Source: an uncultured Gaiellaceae bacterium (lineage in GTDB: Bacteria; Actinomycetota; Thermoleophilia; Gaiellales; Gaiellaceae). From it: 64,000 nt of DNA. The notes under the pieces are model-generated. The model was not told the DNA's origin. It saw only the letters and a list, made by a program, of their open reading frames with translations, and did not search any database. The stretch covers positions 11,838-75,837 of the forward strand of contig CAVTQX010000004.1 of assembly GCA_963736935.1 (NCBI GenBank). The letters run 5' to 3'. Position numbers and translations under genes: made by a program. Positions 36,046 to 45,277 of this stretch are shown here, piece after piece; positions within the stretch are counted from its first letter, which is position 1, and each line of letters begins with the position of its first letter.

Positions 36046-36917
36046 CGGTCGAGCACGGCGTGCCGCTCGCGAAGCTGACGACGATCGGCACGGGCGGCCC
36101 GGCTCGGGCGCTGGCCAGGCCCCGGTCGATCGACGAGCTCGGCTCCGCGCTCCGCGAGGCGCGTGACGAAGGCCTCGAGGTGCTCGCGATCGGGCTCGGG
36201 TCGAACCTGCTCGCGGCGGACGATGGGGTCGATGCGTTCGTCGTCAGGCTGGAGGGCGACCTCGCCTCGGTGGCGGTGCGCGACGAACTGCTGGAGGCGG
36301 GGGCGGGAGCGACGAACGCCGTGTGTCTCCACCATGCACGTGCTGCTGGGCTCGGCGGGTTCGAGTTCGCGTGTGCAATCCCTGGGACGGCGGGGGGTGG
36401 CGTCTTCATGAACGCGGGCGCGTACGGGAGCGACTGGTCCGAGGTGCTCGTCCGGGCTCTCGTCGTCTCCGCCGGCGGCGAGGACTGGCGAACGCCCGCG
36501 CAGCTCGGCCTCTCGTACAGGCACTCGACGCTCGCACGCGGGGAGGTCGTCGCACGCGTCGAGTATCGGCTCGAGCCTCGTACTCCCGCGGACGTCAAGG
36601 CGAGGGTCGCCGATCTCGTCGCACGCCGGAAGGACACGCAGCCGACCAACAAGCGGACCTTTGGAAGCGTGTTCAAGAATCCACCCGGCGAGGTCGGAGC
36701 GGGCAGGATGCTCGAGCTCTGCGGCCTCAAGGGATACCGGATCGGCGGCGCGATCGTATCGCCGAAGCACGCGAACTTCATCGAGAACGCCGGCGGAGCA
36801 ACGACCGCCGACTGCCTCGAGCTGATGTCCGAGGCGCGGCGGCGAGCGCGCGAGGAGTTCGGCGTCGAACTCGAGCGCGAGGTGGTGTTCGCGGGCCTCC
36901 CCGAACTGTCCGCCTGA
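36042..36917 (+). CDS. murB: UDP-N-acetylenolpyruvoylglucosamine reductase
   Basis: TIGTGGPA, GLGSNLL, PGTAGGGVFMNAGAYG, FGSVFKNP. GTGA overlap with murC. Confidence 0.9.
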   Translation: MTVEHGVPLAKLTTIGTGGPARALARPRSIDELGSALREARDEGLEVLAIGLGSNLLAADDGVDAFVVRLEGDLASVAVRDELLEAGAGATNAVCLHHARAAGLGGFEFACAIPGTAGGGVFMNAGAYGSDWSEVLVRALVVSAGGEDWRTPAQLGLSYRHSTLARGEVVARVEYRLEPRTPADVKARVADLVARRKDTQPTNKRTFGSVFKNPPGEVGAGRMLELCGLKGYRIGGAIVSPKHANFIENAGGATTADCLELMSEARRRAREEFGVELEREVVFAGLPELSA

Positions 36918-36953
36918 CGTAGGAGGCGCTGTCGCCGCGCCGAATCCAGGCGC

Positions 36954-37760
36954 ATGGTCGGGGGACGGAGTTCACGTGGATCGCGTCGGCACGCTGCTGC
37001 GGCAAGCGTCGTCGTCCCGTTTCCGCGAGGTGCGGCCGGTGCTCGCCTGGATCTCGTGCGCTTCGTCCCTTCCGGCCGCTCGCTCCTCGTCACGGTCGGA
37101 GCCCTCATCGCGATCGGTCTCGCCTACTGGGTCGCCTACGCGACCCCCGTCTTCGCCGTCGACACGATCGAGATCGACGGCGCTCCGCCTGCCCTCCAGC
37201 GAGACGTCGAGCGAGCGACCCGGGACCTCGTCGGTCGCAGCCTCGTCTCGATCGACGCCAGCGAGGTCGAGGTCACGCTGCACACGATTCCCGCGGTGGC
37301 GGGCGTCTCCGTCGATCGCGCGTTCCCGAGCACGCTCGTGGTTCGGGTCGCGCCCGAGCGGCCCGTCGCCGTGATCCGTCGTGGCACGTCGGCCTGGCTC
37401 GCGACCGGGGCCGGCAAGGTCATCCGCGAGATCGCGGTCGGTACGGAGAAAGGGATGCCGCGCTTGTGGATTCGCCGAGGCGCGACGATTCGGGTCGGCG
37501 GCCAGATTCCCGCCGGTCTCGTCCCCGCGACGCGAGCGCTCGCGGAGGCACACGCCGCCGGCATCGCGAGCCGGGTGAAGGGAGTTCGCACGACCGGCGA
37601 CGAGCTCACCCTCGTCCTCCGCCACGGGACCGAGATCCGTCTCGGCCGCGCAGCGGACGTCGGCATGAAGCTCGTGATCGCGCGCAGGGTGCTCACCCTG
37701 GTCGACGGGGGCACGTCGTACATCGACGTGAGCGTTCCCCAGCGACCTGTCGCAGGGTAA
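36954..37760 (+). CDS. ftsQ: cell division protein FtsQ/DivIB (TM + POTRA)
   Basis: TM helix LLVTVGALIAIGLAYWVAYA, and POTRA-like VDTIEIDGAPPALQRDVERATRDLVGRSLVSID. Canonical position before ftsZ. Confidence 0.75.
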   Translation: MVGGRSSRGSRRHAAAASVVVPFPRGAAGARLDLVRFVPSGRSLLVTVGALIAIGLAYWVAYATPVFAVDTIEIDGAPPALQRDVERATRDLVGRSLVSIDASEVEVTLHTIPAVAGVSVDRAFPSTLVVRVAPERPVAVIRRGTSAWLATGAGKVIREIAVGTEKGMPRLWIRRGATIRVGGQIPAGLVPATRALAEAHAAGIASRVKGVRTTGDELTLVLRHGTEIRLGRAADVGMKLVIARRVLTLVDGGTSYIDVSVPQRPVAG

Positions 37761-37807
37761 CCTTCAACTCTCAGGTTGAGCTTTAGACTTACGCCGGGCA
37801 AGGTCCG

Positions 37808-37836
37808 TTGACATTGCCTCGAAGGAGGCCTACGCT
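37808..37836 (+). promoter_or_regulatory. sigma-70-like promoter upstream of ftsZ (-35 TTGACA, 17-nt spacer, -10 TACGCT)
   Basis: TTGACA at 37808-37813 and TACGCT at 37831-37836, inside the only clearly AT-richer spacer of the dcw cluster. SD GAGGTG lies 9 nt before ATG 37901. Predicts a ~60-nt leader. Confidence 0.5.
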
Positions 37837-37900
37837 CGGAGGCGAACCGATACGGAACCTGCACGTTCAATACGAACTTCAGCTTGAGGTGACTTGAGAG

Positions 37901-38971
37901 ATGAGCAATCAACTGGGTAGCTACCTCGCCGTCATCAAGGTCGTCGGTATCGGCGGCGGCGGCACGAATGCGGTGACGCGGATGGTCGAGGCGGGTCTCT
38001 CCGGCGTCGAGTTCGTCGCCGTGAACACGGACGCGCAGGCGCTCCTCATGACCGAGGCGGACGAGAAGATCCACATCGGCTCACGCGCCACGCGCGGGCT
38101 CGGCGCCGGCGCCGATCCGCGCGTCGGTCTCGCGGCCGCAGAGGAGAGTCGCGACGAGCTGAAGGAAGCGCTCAAGGGAGCGGACATGGTGTTCGTCACG
38201 GCCGGGGAAGGCGGCGGCACGGGTACCGGCGGCGCTCCCGTCGTCGCGCAGATCGGACGCGAGCTCGGCGCGCTCACAGTGGGCGTCGTGACGAAGCCGT
38301 TCGGCTTCGAGGGCAAGCTTCGCGCCGACCAGGCAGAGCAGGGCATCCAGTCCCTGCGGGAGAACGTCGACACGCTCATCGTCATCGAGAACGACCGGCT
38401 GCTCCAGGTCGTCGAGCGCGACACGCCCATGACCGAGGCGTTCCGCATGGCCGACGACATCCTCCGCCAGGGCGTGCAGGGCATCACGGACCTCATCACC
38501 GTCCCCGGCCTCATCAATCTCGACTTCGCGGACGTGCGCACGATCATGCGAGAGGCGGGTTCCGCGCTCATGGGGATCGGGACCGCGCGAGGCGCCAACC
38601 GCGCCGTCGAGGCCGCACAAGCAGCGATCTCGTCCCCTCTGCTGGAGACGACGCTCGACGGAGCCACGGGTGTCCTCCTGAACATCACGGGCGGTCCGGA
38701 CCTCGGACTCGCCGAGGTCGACGAGGCGGCGCAGGTCGTCACGAATGCGGCGGACTCGAACGCGAACGTGATCTTCGGCGCCGTCATCGACGAGGCGATG
38801 GGCGAGGACGTGCGGGTGACCGCGATCGCCACGGGGTTCGGCGGTCGGCCGCGGCGCAGACGCACCGAGACGCCGGTTGCGGTCGGCTCGAGCGACCGTC
38901 CATCCTTCGACGCGCCGAGCGTTCGCGACGTCGAGATCGACATTCCGAGCTTCCTGAAGGAAGACGGCTAG
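37901..38971 (+). CDS. ftsZ: cell division GTPase FtsZ
   Basis: [14 protein letters not shown], tubulin signature [15 protein letters not shown], and the conserved C-terminal peptide DIPSFLK. Confidence 0.97.
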   Translation: MSNQLGSYLAVIKVVGIGGGGTNAVTRMVEAGLSGVEFVAVNTDAQALLMTEADEKIHIGSRATRGLGAGADPRVGLAAAEESRDELKEALKGADMVFVTAGEGGGTGTGGAPVVAQIGRELGALTVGVVTKPFGFEGKLRADQAEQGIQSLRENVDTLIVIENDRLLQVVERDTPMTEAFRMADDILRQGVQGITDLITVPGLINLDFADVRTIMREAGSALMGIGTARGANRAVEAAQAAISSPLLETTLDGATGVLLNITGGPDLGLAEVDEAAQVVTNAADSNANVIFGAVIDEAMGEDVRVTAIATGFGGRPRRRRTETPVAVGSSDRPSFDAPSVRDVEIDIPSFLKEDG

Positions 38972-39085
38972 GAAACGCGCCCCGAACGGGGCCCTCCTGG
39001 CGACCCGGCAGCGAAGTCGGCCGCCTTCGTGGATCGTCGCGCTCCCGGTACGGCGTTGGCCGGGTTCCGGCCCGGTGCAAGGCAG

Positions 39086-39091
39086 TAGAGT
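39086..39091 (+). promoter_or_regulatory. -10-like hexamer TAGAGT 8 nt upstream of gcvT GTG 39100
   Basis: TAGAGTcgcggttcGTG, with no SD and no riboswitch-like sequence in the 128-nt spacer. Confidence 0.4.
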
Positions 39092-39099
39092 CGCGGTTC

Positions 39100-40152
39100 G
39101 TGGAAGCGACGCTGAAGCGCACGCCGCTCTTCGATCGCCACGTCGCGCTCGGCGCGCGCATGGTGCCCTTCGCCGGCTACGAGATGCCCGTCCAGTACGA
39201 AGGCGTCATCGAGGAGCACAAGGCGGTTCGGAGCGACGCCGGCGCGTTCGACGTCTCGCACATGGGCGAGCTCCACGTGGACGGCCCGAGCGCGCAGGCA
39301 TTCCTCCAGGCGACGTTGTCGAACGACATCGACCGGCTCGAGGACGGCGCCGCGCAGTACACGCTCTTGACCACACCGGGCGGTGGCATCGTCGACGACC
39401 TCATCGCGTACCGCCTCGCGTACGGGCAGTTCTACCTCGTCGTCAACGCCTCGAACCGCGAGGCCGTGTTCACCTGGCTACGTGACCGCGAGCCACACGG
39501 CTGCGAGGTACGCGACGCTTCGGACGAGTACGGGCTCGTCGCAGTGCAGGGGCCTCGGTCGCTCGAGCGGCTCGGTCTGCCCGAGGCGCCCGCATTTACG
39601 CATTCGCTGGGCGAGCTCGACGGGATCGAGGTGATGATCGCGCGCACGGGCTACACCGGCGAGGTGGGCGTCGAGCTCTGCTGCGCCGAGGACGACGTCG
39701 GGGCTCTCTGGGATGCGATCCTCGTGCGCGGCGTCACGCCGTGTGGTCTCGGCGCGCGCGACACGCTCCGTCTCGAGGTCTGCTACCCGCTGCATGGCAA
39801 CGACATCTCGCCCGAAACGGACGCGATCTCCGCTGGGCTCGGCTGGGCGTGCGCGCTCGACACGGAGTTCACGGGAGTCGACGCGCTGCGGCGCATCAAG
39901 CAGGAGGGCCCGACCCGCAAGCTCGTCCCGTTCGTCATGGAGGAGCGCGCCGTTCCCCGCCAGGGAATGCCGATCGAGGGCGGTGGCGAGGTCACCTCCG
40001 GCACCCACTCGCCGATGCTCGACGTCGGGATCGGCATGGGCTACGTGCCGGCGGTGGCGGCCGCGCCGGACGCCGAGCTCGTCATCGATGTGCGGGGCAA
40101 GCCGCGGCACGCCCGAGTCGTGAAGAAGCCGATCTACCGGAAGGAGACTTGA
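39100..40152 (+). CDS. gcvT: glycine cleavage system aminomethyltransferase (T protein)
   Basis: RTPLFDRHVALGARMVPFAGYEMPVQY, FDVSHMGE, ARTGYTGE, ARDTLRLE. Confidence 0.95.
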   Translation: MEATLKRTPLFDRHVALGARMVPFAGYEMPVQYEGVIEEHKAVRSDAGAFDVSHMGELHVDGPSAQAFLQATLSNDIDRLEDGAAQYTLLTTPGGGIVDDLIAYRLAYGQFYLVVNASNREAVFTWLRDREPHGCEVRDASDEYGLVAVQGPRSLERLGLPEAPAFTHSLGELDGIEVMIARTGYTGEVGVELCCAEDDVGALWDAILVRGVTPCGLGARDTLRLEVCYPLHGNDISPETDAISAGLGWACALDTEFTGVDALRRIKQEGPTRKLVPFVMEERAVPRQGMPIEGGGEVTSGTHSPMLDVGIGMGYVPAVAAAPDAELVIDVRGKPRHARVVKKPIYRKET

Positions 40153-40547
40153 TGCCCGCTGCAGAGAGCTACCCCGACGAGCTGCGCTACCACTCCGAGC
40201 ACGACTGGGCGCGGATCGACGGCGAGGAGGCGACGCTCGGCATCACGTGGTTCGCGCAGGACTCGCTCGGCGAACTCGTCCACTACGAGGCGCCCGATGT
40301 GGGCTCGACCGTCACGAAGGACGAGTCGTACGGTGAGGTCGAGTCAGTGAAGGCGGTCTCGGACATCATCGCGCCGCTCTCCGGCGAGGTCCTCGAGGTG
40401 AACGCGAAGGTCGTCGACGAGCCGGAGGTCGTGAACGACGACCCGTACGGCGAGGGCTGGCTCATCCGCATCCGGATGTCCGACGCGGCCGAGCTCGACG
40501 CGCTGCTGGATGCGGACGCGTACCGCGCGCACGTAGCCGAGCAGTAG
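40152..40547 (+). CDS. gcvH: glycine cleavage system H protein
   Basis: Lipoyl-lysine motif GEVESVKAVSD, and DPYGEGWL. The ATG shares 1 nt with the gcvT stop. Confidence 0.95.
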   Translation: MPAAESYPDELRYHSEHDWARIDGEEATLGITWFAQDSLGELVHYEAPDVGSTVTKDESYGEVESVKAVSDIIAPLSGEVLEVNAKVVDEPEVVNDDPYGEGWLIRIRMSDAAELDALLDADAYRAHVAEQ

Positions 40548-40550
40548 CGG

Positions 40551-41879
40551 ATGGGCTATCTCAGCCTCACGGACGAGGACCGGGCCGAGATGCTGGCCGC
40601 GATCGGCGTCTCGTCGGTCGACGATCTCTTCGAGCAGATCCCGCCCGGCGTCCGTTTCGGCCGCGAGCTCGACGTTCCGCCGGCTCTCGGCGAGGCCGAG
40701 CTCGCGCGTCATCTCGAGGAGCTCGCGGCGAAGAACGTGCACACGGGCTCGGAGCTCTCGTTCGTCGGCGCCGGAATCTACGACCACTACGTCCCGTCCG
40801 TCGCCGACGTCGTGCTCTCGCGCGGCGAGCTCCTCACGGCGTACACCCCGTACCAGCCGGAGATGAGCCAGGGGACGCTGCAGGCGATCTTCGAGTTCCA
40901 GACCGTCATCTGCGAGCTGACCGGGATGGAGGTGTCCAACGCGTCCGGCTACGACGGCTGTACGGTCGCCGCCGACGCGTGCTTCGTCGCGCGCCACGTC
41001 TCCGACCGTCGAACGGTCGTGCTGGCGGAGGCGCTGAACCCGCAGGTGCGGCAGGTGGTCAAGACGTATGCGCTGGGGTTCGGCTTCGACGTCGTCGAGG
41101 TGCCACACAAGGGCGGCGTGACCGACCCCGACGCGCTTGCAGCAGCAGCTGCCGATGCCGCAGCCGTGTTCTTCCAGCAGCCGAACTTCCTGGGCTGCCT
41201 CGAGGACGCGCCGGCGCTCGCCGCAGCCGCGAACGACGCGGGTGCGCTGTCGGTCGCCCATGTCGACCTCATGTCGCTGGGCGTGCTCGAGGCGCCGGGG
41301 GCGTACGGCTGCTCGATCGCGCTGGGCGAGGGGCAGTCGGCGGGGAACTGGCCGTCGTACGGTGGCCCGCACTACGGCTTCCTCGCGGCGCGCATGGACT
41401 ACGTCCGGCGGATGCCGGGGCGCATCGTCGGCGAGACCGTCGACGCGGACGGGCGCCGGGCGTTCGTGCTCACGCTCCAGACGCGCGAGCAACACATTCG
41501 CCGCGAGAAGGCGACTTCGAACATCACCACGAACCAGACGCTGCTCGCGCTCGCCGGGCTCGCGACGCTCTCGTGGCTCGGGCCGGAAGGATTGCGCGAG
41601 GTGGGGGAGACGTGCCTCGCGCTCTCGCACTACGTGCGCGAGCTCGTCCCGCTCGAGCCGGCCTTCGACCATGGCGCGTTCAAGGAGGTCGCGTTCCGGA
41701 CGCCGATTCCCGCCCGTGAGGTCGTCCGGCGGGCGCGCGAGTACGGCGTGAACCCGGGCTACGCGCTCGGACGCGACTACGAAGGAATGGACGACGTCCT
41801 CCTCGTGGCGGTCACGGAGAAGAAGAGCGTCGAGGACGTCGACCGGCTGGCGGCGGTCCTCGAAGAGGTGTGTGCGTGA
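40551..41879 (+). CDS. gcvPA: glycine dehydrogenase (aminomethyl-transferring) subunit 1
   Basis: FVGAGIYDHYVPS, YTPYQPEMSQGTLQ, REQHIRREKATSNITTNQ. Confidence 0.95.
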   Translation: MGYLSLTDEDRAEMLAAIGVSSVDDLFEQIPPGVRFGRELDVPPALGEAELARHLEELAAKNVHTGSELSFVGAGIYDHYVPSVADVVLSRGELLTAYTPYQPEMSQGTLQAIFEFQTVICELTGMEVSNASGYDGCTVAADACFVARHVSDRRTVVLAEALNPQVRQVVKTYALGFGFDVVEVPHKGGVTDPDALAAAAADAAAVFFQQPNFLGCLEDAPALAAAANDAGALSVAHVDLMSLGVLEAPGAYGCSIALGEGQSAGNWPSYGGPHYGFLAARMDYVRRMPGRIVGETVDADGRRAFVLTLQTREQHIRREKATSNITTNQTLLALAGLATLSWLGPEGLREVGETCLALSHYVRELVPLEPAFDHGAFKEVAFRTPIPAREVVRRAREYGVNPGYALGRDYEGMDDVLLVAVTEKKSVEDVDRLAAVLEEVCA

Positions 41880-43360
41880 GCGCCGAGCCGGGAAGCGCCT
41901 GGCGCGCCACGCCGCTCATCTTCGAGCGTTCGCGCGCGGGGCGCAGAGCCGGGCGCCCGCCGCGACCCGACCTCCCCGTCCCCGAGATCCCGGACGGCCT
42001 GCGCCGCGCACGTGCGCCGCGGCTTCCCGAGCTCGCCGAGCCGGAGATCGTCCGGCACTTCACGGCGCTCGCCGACCGCACTTTCGGCGTCGACACGGGC
42101 TTCTACCCGCTCGGCTCGTGCACCATGAAGCACAACCCGCGTGTTCACGAACGCGCGGCCTCGCTCCCGGGGTTCCGCGACCTGCACCCACACGCGGCGG
42201 ACGAGGACGCGCAGGGCGCGCTCGAACTGATGTGGCACCTGCAGGAGATCCTCGCCGAGGTGGCGGGCCTTCCGACCGTGACGTTGCAGCCGGCCGCCGG
42301 TTCGCAGGGCGAGCTCACCGGGCTCATGCTCATGCGCGCGTACTTCGCGGATCGCGGCGAGGAGCGTGACACGATCATCACCGCCGACACCGCGCACGGT
42401 ACGAACCCTGCGAGCGTCGCGATGGCGGGGTACCAGCTCGCGAAGGTGGAGACCGACGCGCGCGGGAACCTCGACCTCGAGGACCTGCGCGGGAAGGTGA
42501 ACGAGCGGACCGCCGGTCTCATGCTGACGAACCCGTCGACGCTCGGGCTCTTCGACGAGGGCATCGCGGAGGTGGCGCGGATCTTCCACGACGCGGGCGC
42601 GCTCCTCTACTACGACGGTGCCAACCTGAACGCCGTGGTCGGACGCTCGCGCCCGGGCGACATGGGCTTCGACATCGTCCACTACAACCTGCACAAGACG
42701 TTCTCGCAACCGCACGGCGGAGGGGGGCCAGGCGGCGGACCGGTCGCCGTTCGCGAGACGATCGAGCCGTACCTTCCGTCGCCGACGGTGGTCCGCGACG
42801 GAGACACCTTCCGACTCGACCACGATCGGCCGAAGTCGATCGGGCGCGTGCGCGGGTTCGCGGGTCCGTTCGGCGTGTTCGTCCGCTCCTACGCCTACAT
42901 GCGCGCCTACGGGCCGGCGCTCCGCGAGATGTCCGAAGTCGCGGTCCTGAACGCGAACTACCTGCTCGCGCGGCTCCGCGATGCCTACGACCTCCCGTAC
43001 GACCGGCTCTGCATGCACGAGTTCGTGCTCTCCGCGCGGAACCTCAAGCGCGAGCACGGGATCACGGCGCTCGACGTCGCGAAGCGCCTCATGGACTACG
43101 GGATCCACCCGCCGACCGTGTACTTCCCGCTCGTCGTGCCGGAGGCGCTGATGATCGAGCCAACCGAGACGGAGCCGAAGGAGCGACTCGACGGGTTCGT
43201 CGACGCCATGCTCGCGATCGCGCATGAGGCGGCGGAGTCGCCCGAGCTGCTGAAGGACGCGCCGCACGGGCGCCCGGTACGCCGCCTGGACGAGGTGCGC
43301 GCGGCAAAGCAGCCCGTCTTGCGGTATCTCTTCGACGACCACCCCGCGCTCGTCGGCTGA
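41876..43360 (+). CDS. gcvPB: glycine dehydrogenase (aminomethyl-transferring) subunit 2
   Basis: GSCTMKHNP, PLP-lysine region NLHKTFSQPHGGGGPG. GTG 41876 gives a GTGA overlap with gcvPA; alternative GTG at 41870. Confidence 0.95.
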   Translation: MSAEPGSAWRATPLIFERSRAGRRAGRPPRPDLPVPEIPDGLRRARAPRLPELAEPEIVRHFTALADRTFGVDTGFYPLGSCTMKHNPRVHERAASLPGFRDLHPHAADEDAQGALELMWHLQEILAEVAGLPTVTLQPAAGSQGELTGLMLMRAYFADRGEERDTIITADTAHGTNPASVAMAGYQLAKVETDARGNLDLEDLRGKVNERTAGLMLTNPSTLGLFDEGIAEVARIFHDAGALLYYDGANLNAVVGRSRPGDMGFDIVHYNLHKTFSQPHGGGGPGGGPVAVRETIEPYLPSPTVVRDGDTFRLDHDRPKSIGRVRGFAGPFGVFVRSYAYMRAYGPALREMSEVAVLNANYLLARLRDAYDLPYDRLCMHEFVLSARNLKREHGITALDVAKRLMDYGIHPPTVYFPLVVPEALMIEPTETEPKERLDGFVDAMLAIAHEAAESPELLKDAPHGRPVRRLDEVRAAKQPVLRYLFDDHPALVG

Positions 43361-43363
43361 CAG

Positions 43364-43726
43364 CTAGCCGGTCGCGGGCTCCCAGAGCTCGAAGCGGTTG
43401 CCCTCGAGGTCGACTGCCCAGCCGAAGCGCCCGATCCCGTCGAGGACCTCGACCTTGTCGTCCACTTCCACGCCCGCGTCGCGGAGCTGCGCCAGCATGG
43501 CGTCGAGATCGTCGACGGTGAAGTTCACCATCGCCTGCTTCTCCGCCGGCCAGTAGTCCGTCTCCTCGCGAAACGGCGCCCAGACATGCGCGCCGCGCTC
43601 TCCGGTGAAGACGACGTAGCCGTCTGGCTGTACGGGAACGCCGACATGCTCGGCGTACCAGCCGACGAGCGCCTCCGGGTCCCTCGACCTGAAGAAGACG
43701 CCCCCGATGCCAGTCACCCGTTGCAT
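43364..43726 (-). CDS. VOC (glyoxalase/bleomycin-resistance) family protein
   Basis: 120 aa from ATG 43726 with SD AGGAG 5 nt upstream. Segments: GIGGVFFRSRDPEALVGWY ... FGWAVDLEGNRFELWEP. Confidence 0.8.
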   Translation of the reverse strand: MQRVTGIGGVFFRSRDPEALVGWYAEHVGVPVQPDGYVVFTGERGAHVWAPFREETDYWPAEKQAMVNFTVDDLDAMLAQLRDAGVEVDDKVEVLDGIGRFGWAVDLEGNRFELWEPATG

Positions 43727-44026
43727 CGCATCTCCTGGCTCGACCGGCTTCGCGCGAGGCCCTCGGCTGCGGCGTGCGTCCCGATGCCCTCGGCCTCCGC
43801 GGCAACGGCCTTCCCGCCACCGAACGCAATCTCCGCGGAGGCCATGTTCAGCGTGATCCTCTCCGATGGGTTCATCGCGCCGCGCAGTGGTCGGCGGGCT
43901 GCGCATACGGCTTCGTCCGCCTACCCACGGCGAGAACCTAGCGGTCGCGCGTGGGTCGTCACGATCGACTCATGCATTGCCGGGTCTAGCCGATAAGAGG
44001 CGTATCACGCTGGAGGTGCGCCAACG

Positions 44027-44263
44027 ATGAGCTATATGTTCGAGAAGAACTACGACGACTCGACGGACGACCAAGGCGAAGCGTCGCTCGAGCCGCTCGG
44101 CAGCGCGATCGACCCGCCGTATCACGACTACCTCGCAACGTACGTGTTTCTCGAACGGCTTGCGTCTCGGCGAAGAGCAGCGATTTGGATCGGGGGCGGC
44201 GTCCTGGTGACGCTTTGCGTTGCTGCGCTGAGCCTTGCTGTCTACATGGTTGTCGGCGGCTAG
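44027..44263 (+). CDS. small membrane-anchored hypothetical protein
   Basis: 78 aa. SD GGAGGTG lies 8 nt before the ATG. Acidic N-terminus and C-terminal TM helix (IWIGGGVLVTLCVAALSLAVYMVV). Confidence 0.5.
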   Translation: MSYMFEKNYDDSTDDQGEASLEPLGSAIDPPYHDYLATYVFLERLASRRRAAIWIGGGVLVTLCVAALSLAVYMVVGG

Positions 44264-45253
44264 GACCCGGCTGAGGGCGACGAAGCGAGCTGGCCGCAGG
44301 CGGCCTCGATGTCGCGGCCGCGTGTCAGCCGGACGGTCGCGGGGACTCGCGCACGCTCGAGCACGGACTTGAAGCGCTCGATCGTCTCCGCGCGACGAAC
44401 CCTCGTACATGCCCGTCGGGTTGTACGGAATGAGGTTCACCTTGAAAGACCTGCCGTCGAGCAGAGCTGCGAGCGCGCGGGCGTCGTCCCCGGAGTCGTT
44501 CACGCCGGCGAGCATCACGTACTCGACGAACACCTTCCGGCGCCTCAGCTCGACGTACCGCCGGCACTCGGCCAGGACGTCGGGGAGCGGGTAGCGGTCG
44601 TTGACCGGCATCAGCTCGGAACGCTTCGAGGCGTCGGCCGCGTGAATCGAGAGCGCGAGGCGGATCGGCTGGTCGATCTCGTCCACGAACCGTCGAAGGC
44701 CGGGCATCCACCCGACCGTCGAGATCGTGGTGCGCCTGGGCGTGATGCCCATGTCCGGCAGGCGCCGTGCCGACGCGAGCACGTCGTCGAAGTTCAGGAA
44801 CGGCTCGCCCATGCCCATGTAGACGGCGTGGTTCACTGGCTCGCTGCGGCGGAAGTGGAGCGCCTGGTCGACGATCTCCGATGCGGTGAGGTTCCGGCCG
44901 AAGCGCATCGCGCCAGTGGCGCAGAACGTACAGGTGAGCGGGCAGCCCGACTGCGAGGAGAGGCAGAGCGAGCGGCGCCCGTCGCGGTAGCGCATGAGCA
45001 CCGCCTCGACCGGATGGCCGTCGCCCGTGCGGAACAGCGCCTTCACCGTGCCGTCCCGCGCCTCGCGCTCCGTGACGAGCTCGAGCGTGGAGAAGGGGAC
45101 CGACGTGACGAGCGTCGCTCGGAGCGCCTTCGGGAGCGTCGTCATGTCGTCGTAGGAGGCGGCGCCGCGCGCTGTCCACTCCCACACCTGCCGAGCGCGG
45201 TACGCGGGCTCGCCGCACTCTGCGAGCGTGTTTTCCAGGAGGTCCAGATCCAC
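44260..45253 (-). pseudogene. rlmN: 23S rRNA/tRNA adenine-C2 methyltransferase RlmN (radical SAM), interrupted by one extra base near 44388-44392
   Basis: Radical-SAM [32 protein letters not shown] lie in one frame. The conserved C-terminus [37 protein letters not shown] continues in the adjacent frame and stops at 44260. Total length is 994 nt (3n+1). Start GTG 45253 has TACCGT 6 nt upstream. Confidence 0.8.
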
Positions 45254-45259
45254 GTTGGG

Positions 45260-45269
45260 ACGGTAGCGT
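45260..45269. promoter_or_regulatory. back-to-back -10 hexamers sharing a TA (minus TACCGT 45260-45265; plus TAGCGT 45264-45269)
   Basis: The 24-bp divergent spacer 45254-45277 contains ACGGTAGCGT. The hexamers lie 6 nt from rlmN GTG 45253 and 8 nt from ltaE GTG 45278. Confidence 0.45.
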
Positions 45270-45277
45270 GCGTTTCC

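Noticed and set aside
38979-38992. Hairpin GCCCC-gaac-GGGGC just after the ftsZ stop, considered as an intrinsic terminator.
   Set aside because: It has only a 5-bp stem and no U-tract. It is too weak to call by eye, and gcvT appears to have its own promoter regardless.
38972-39099. A possible glycine riboswitch upstream of gcvT, which is a common arrangement for gcv operons.
   Set aside because: The 128-nt spacer lacks the conserved aptamer elements (GGAGAG, CACCGAAGGGGCAA-like, CUCAGGCAAAAGGAC-like). It is also too short for a tandem aptamer plus expression platform. A -10-like TAGAGT sits 8 nt from the start codon instead.
44260-44263. Convergent genes whose stop codons overlap in a palindromic CTAG. 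This occurs here and again at 47872-47875 (Cys-rich ORF and nfo).
   Set aside because: This is a trivial consequence of TAG stops on both strands in a compact genome, with no further structure around the sites.
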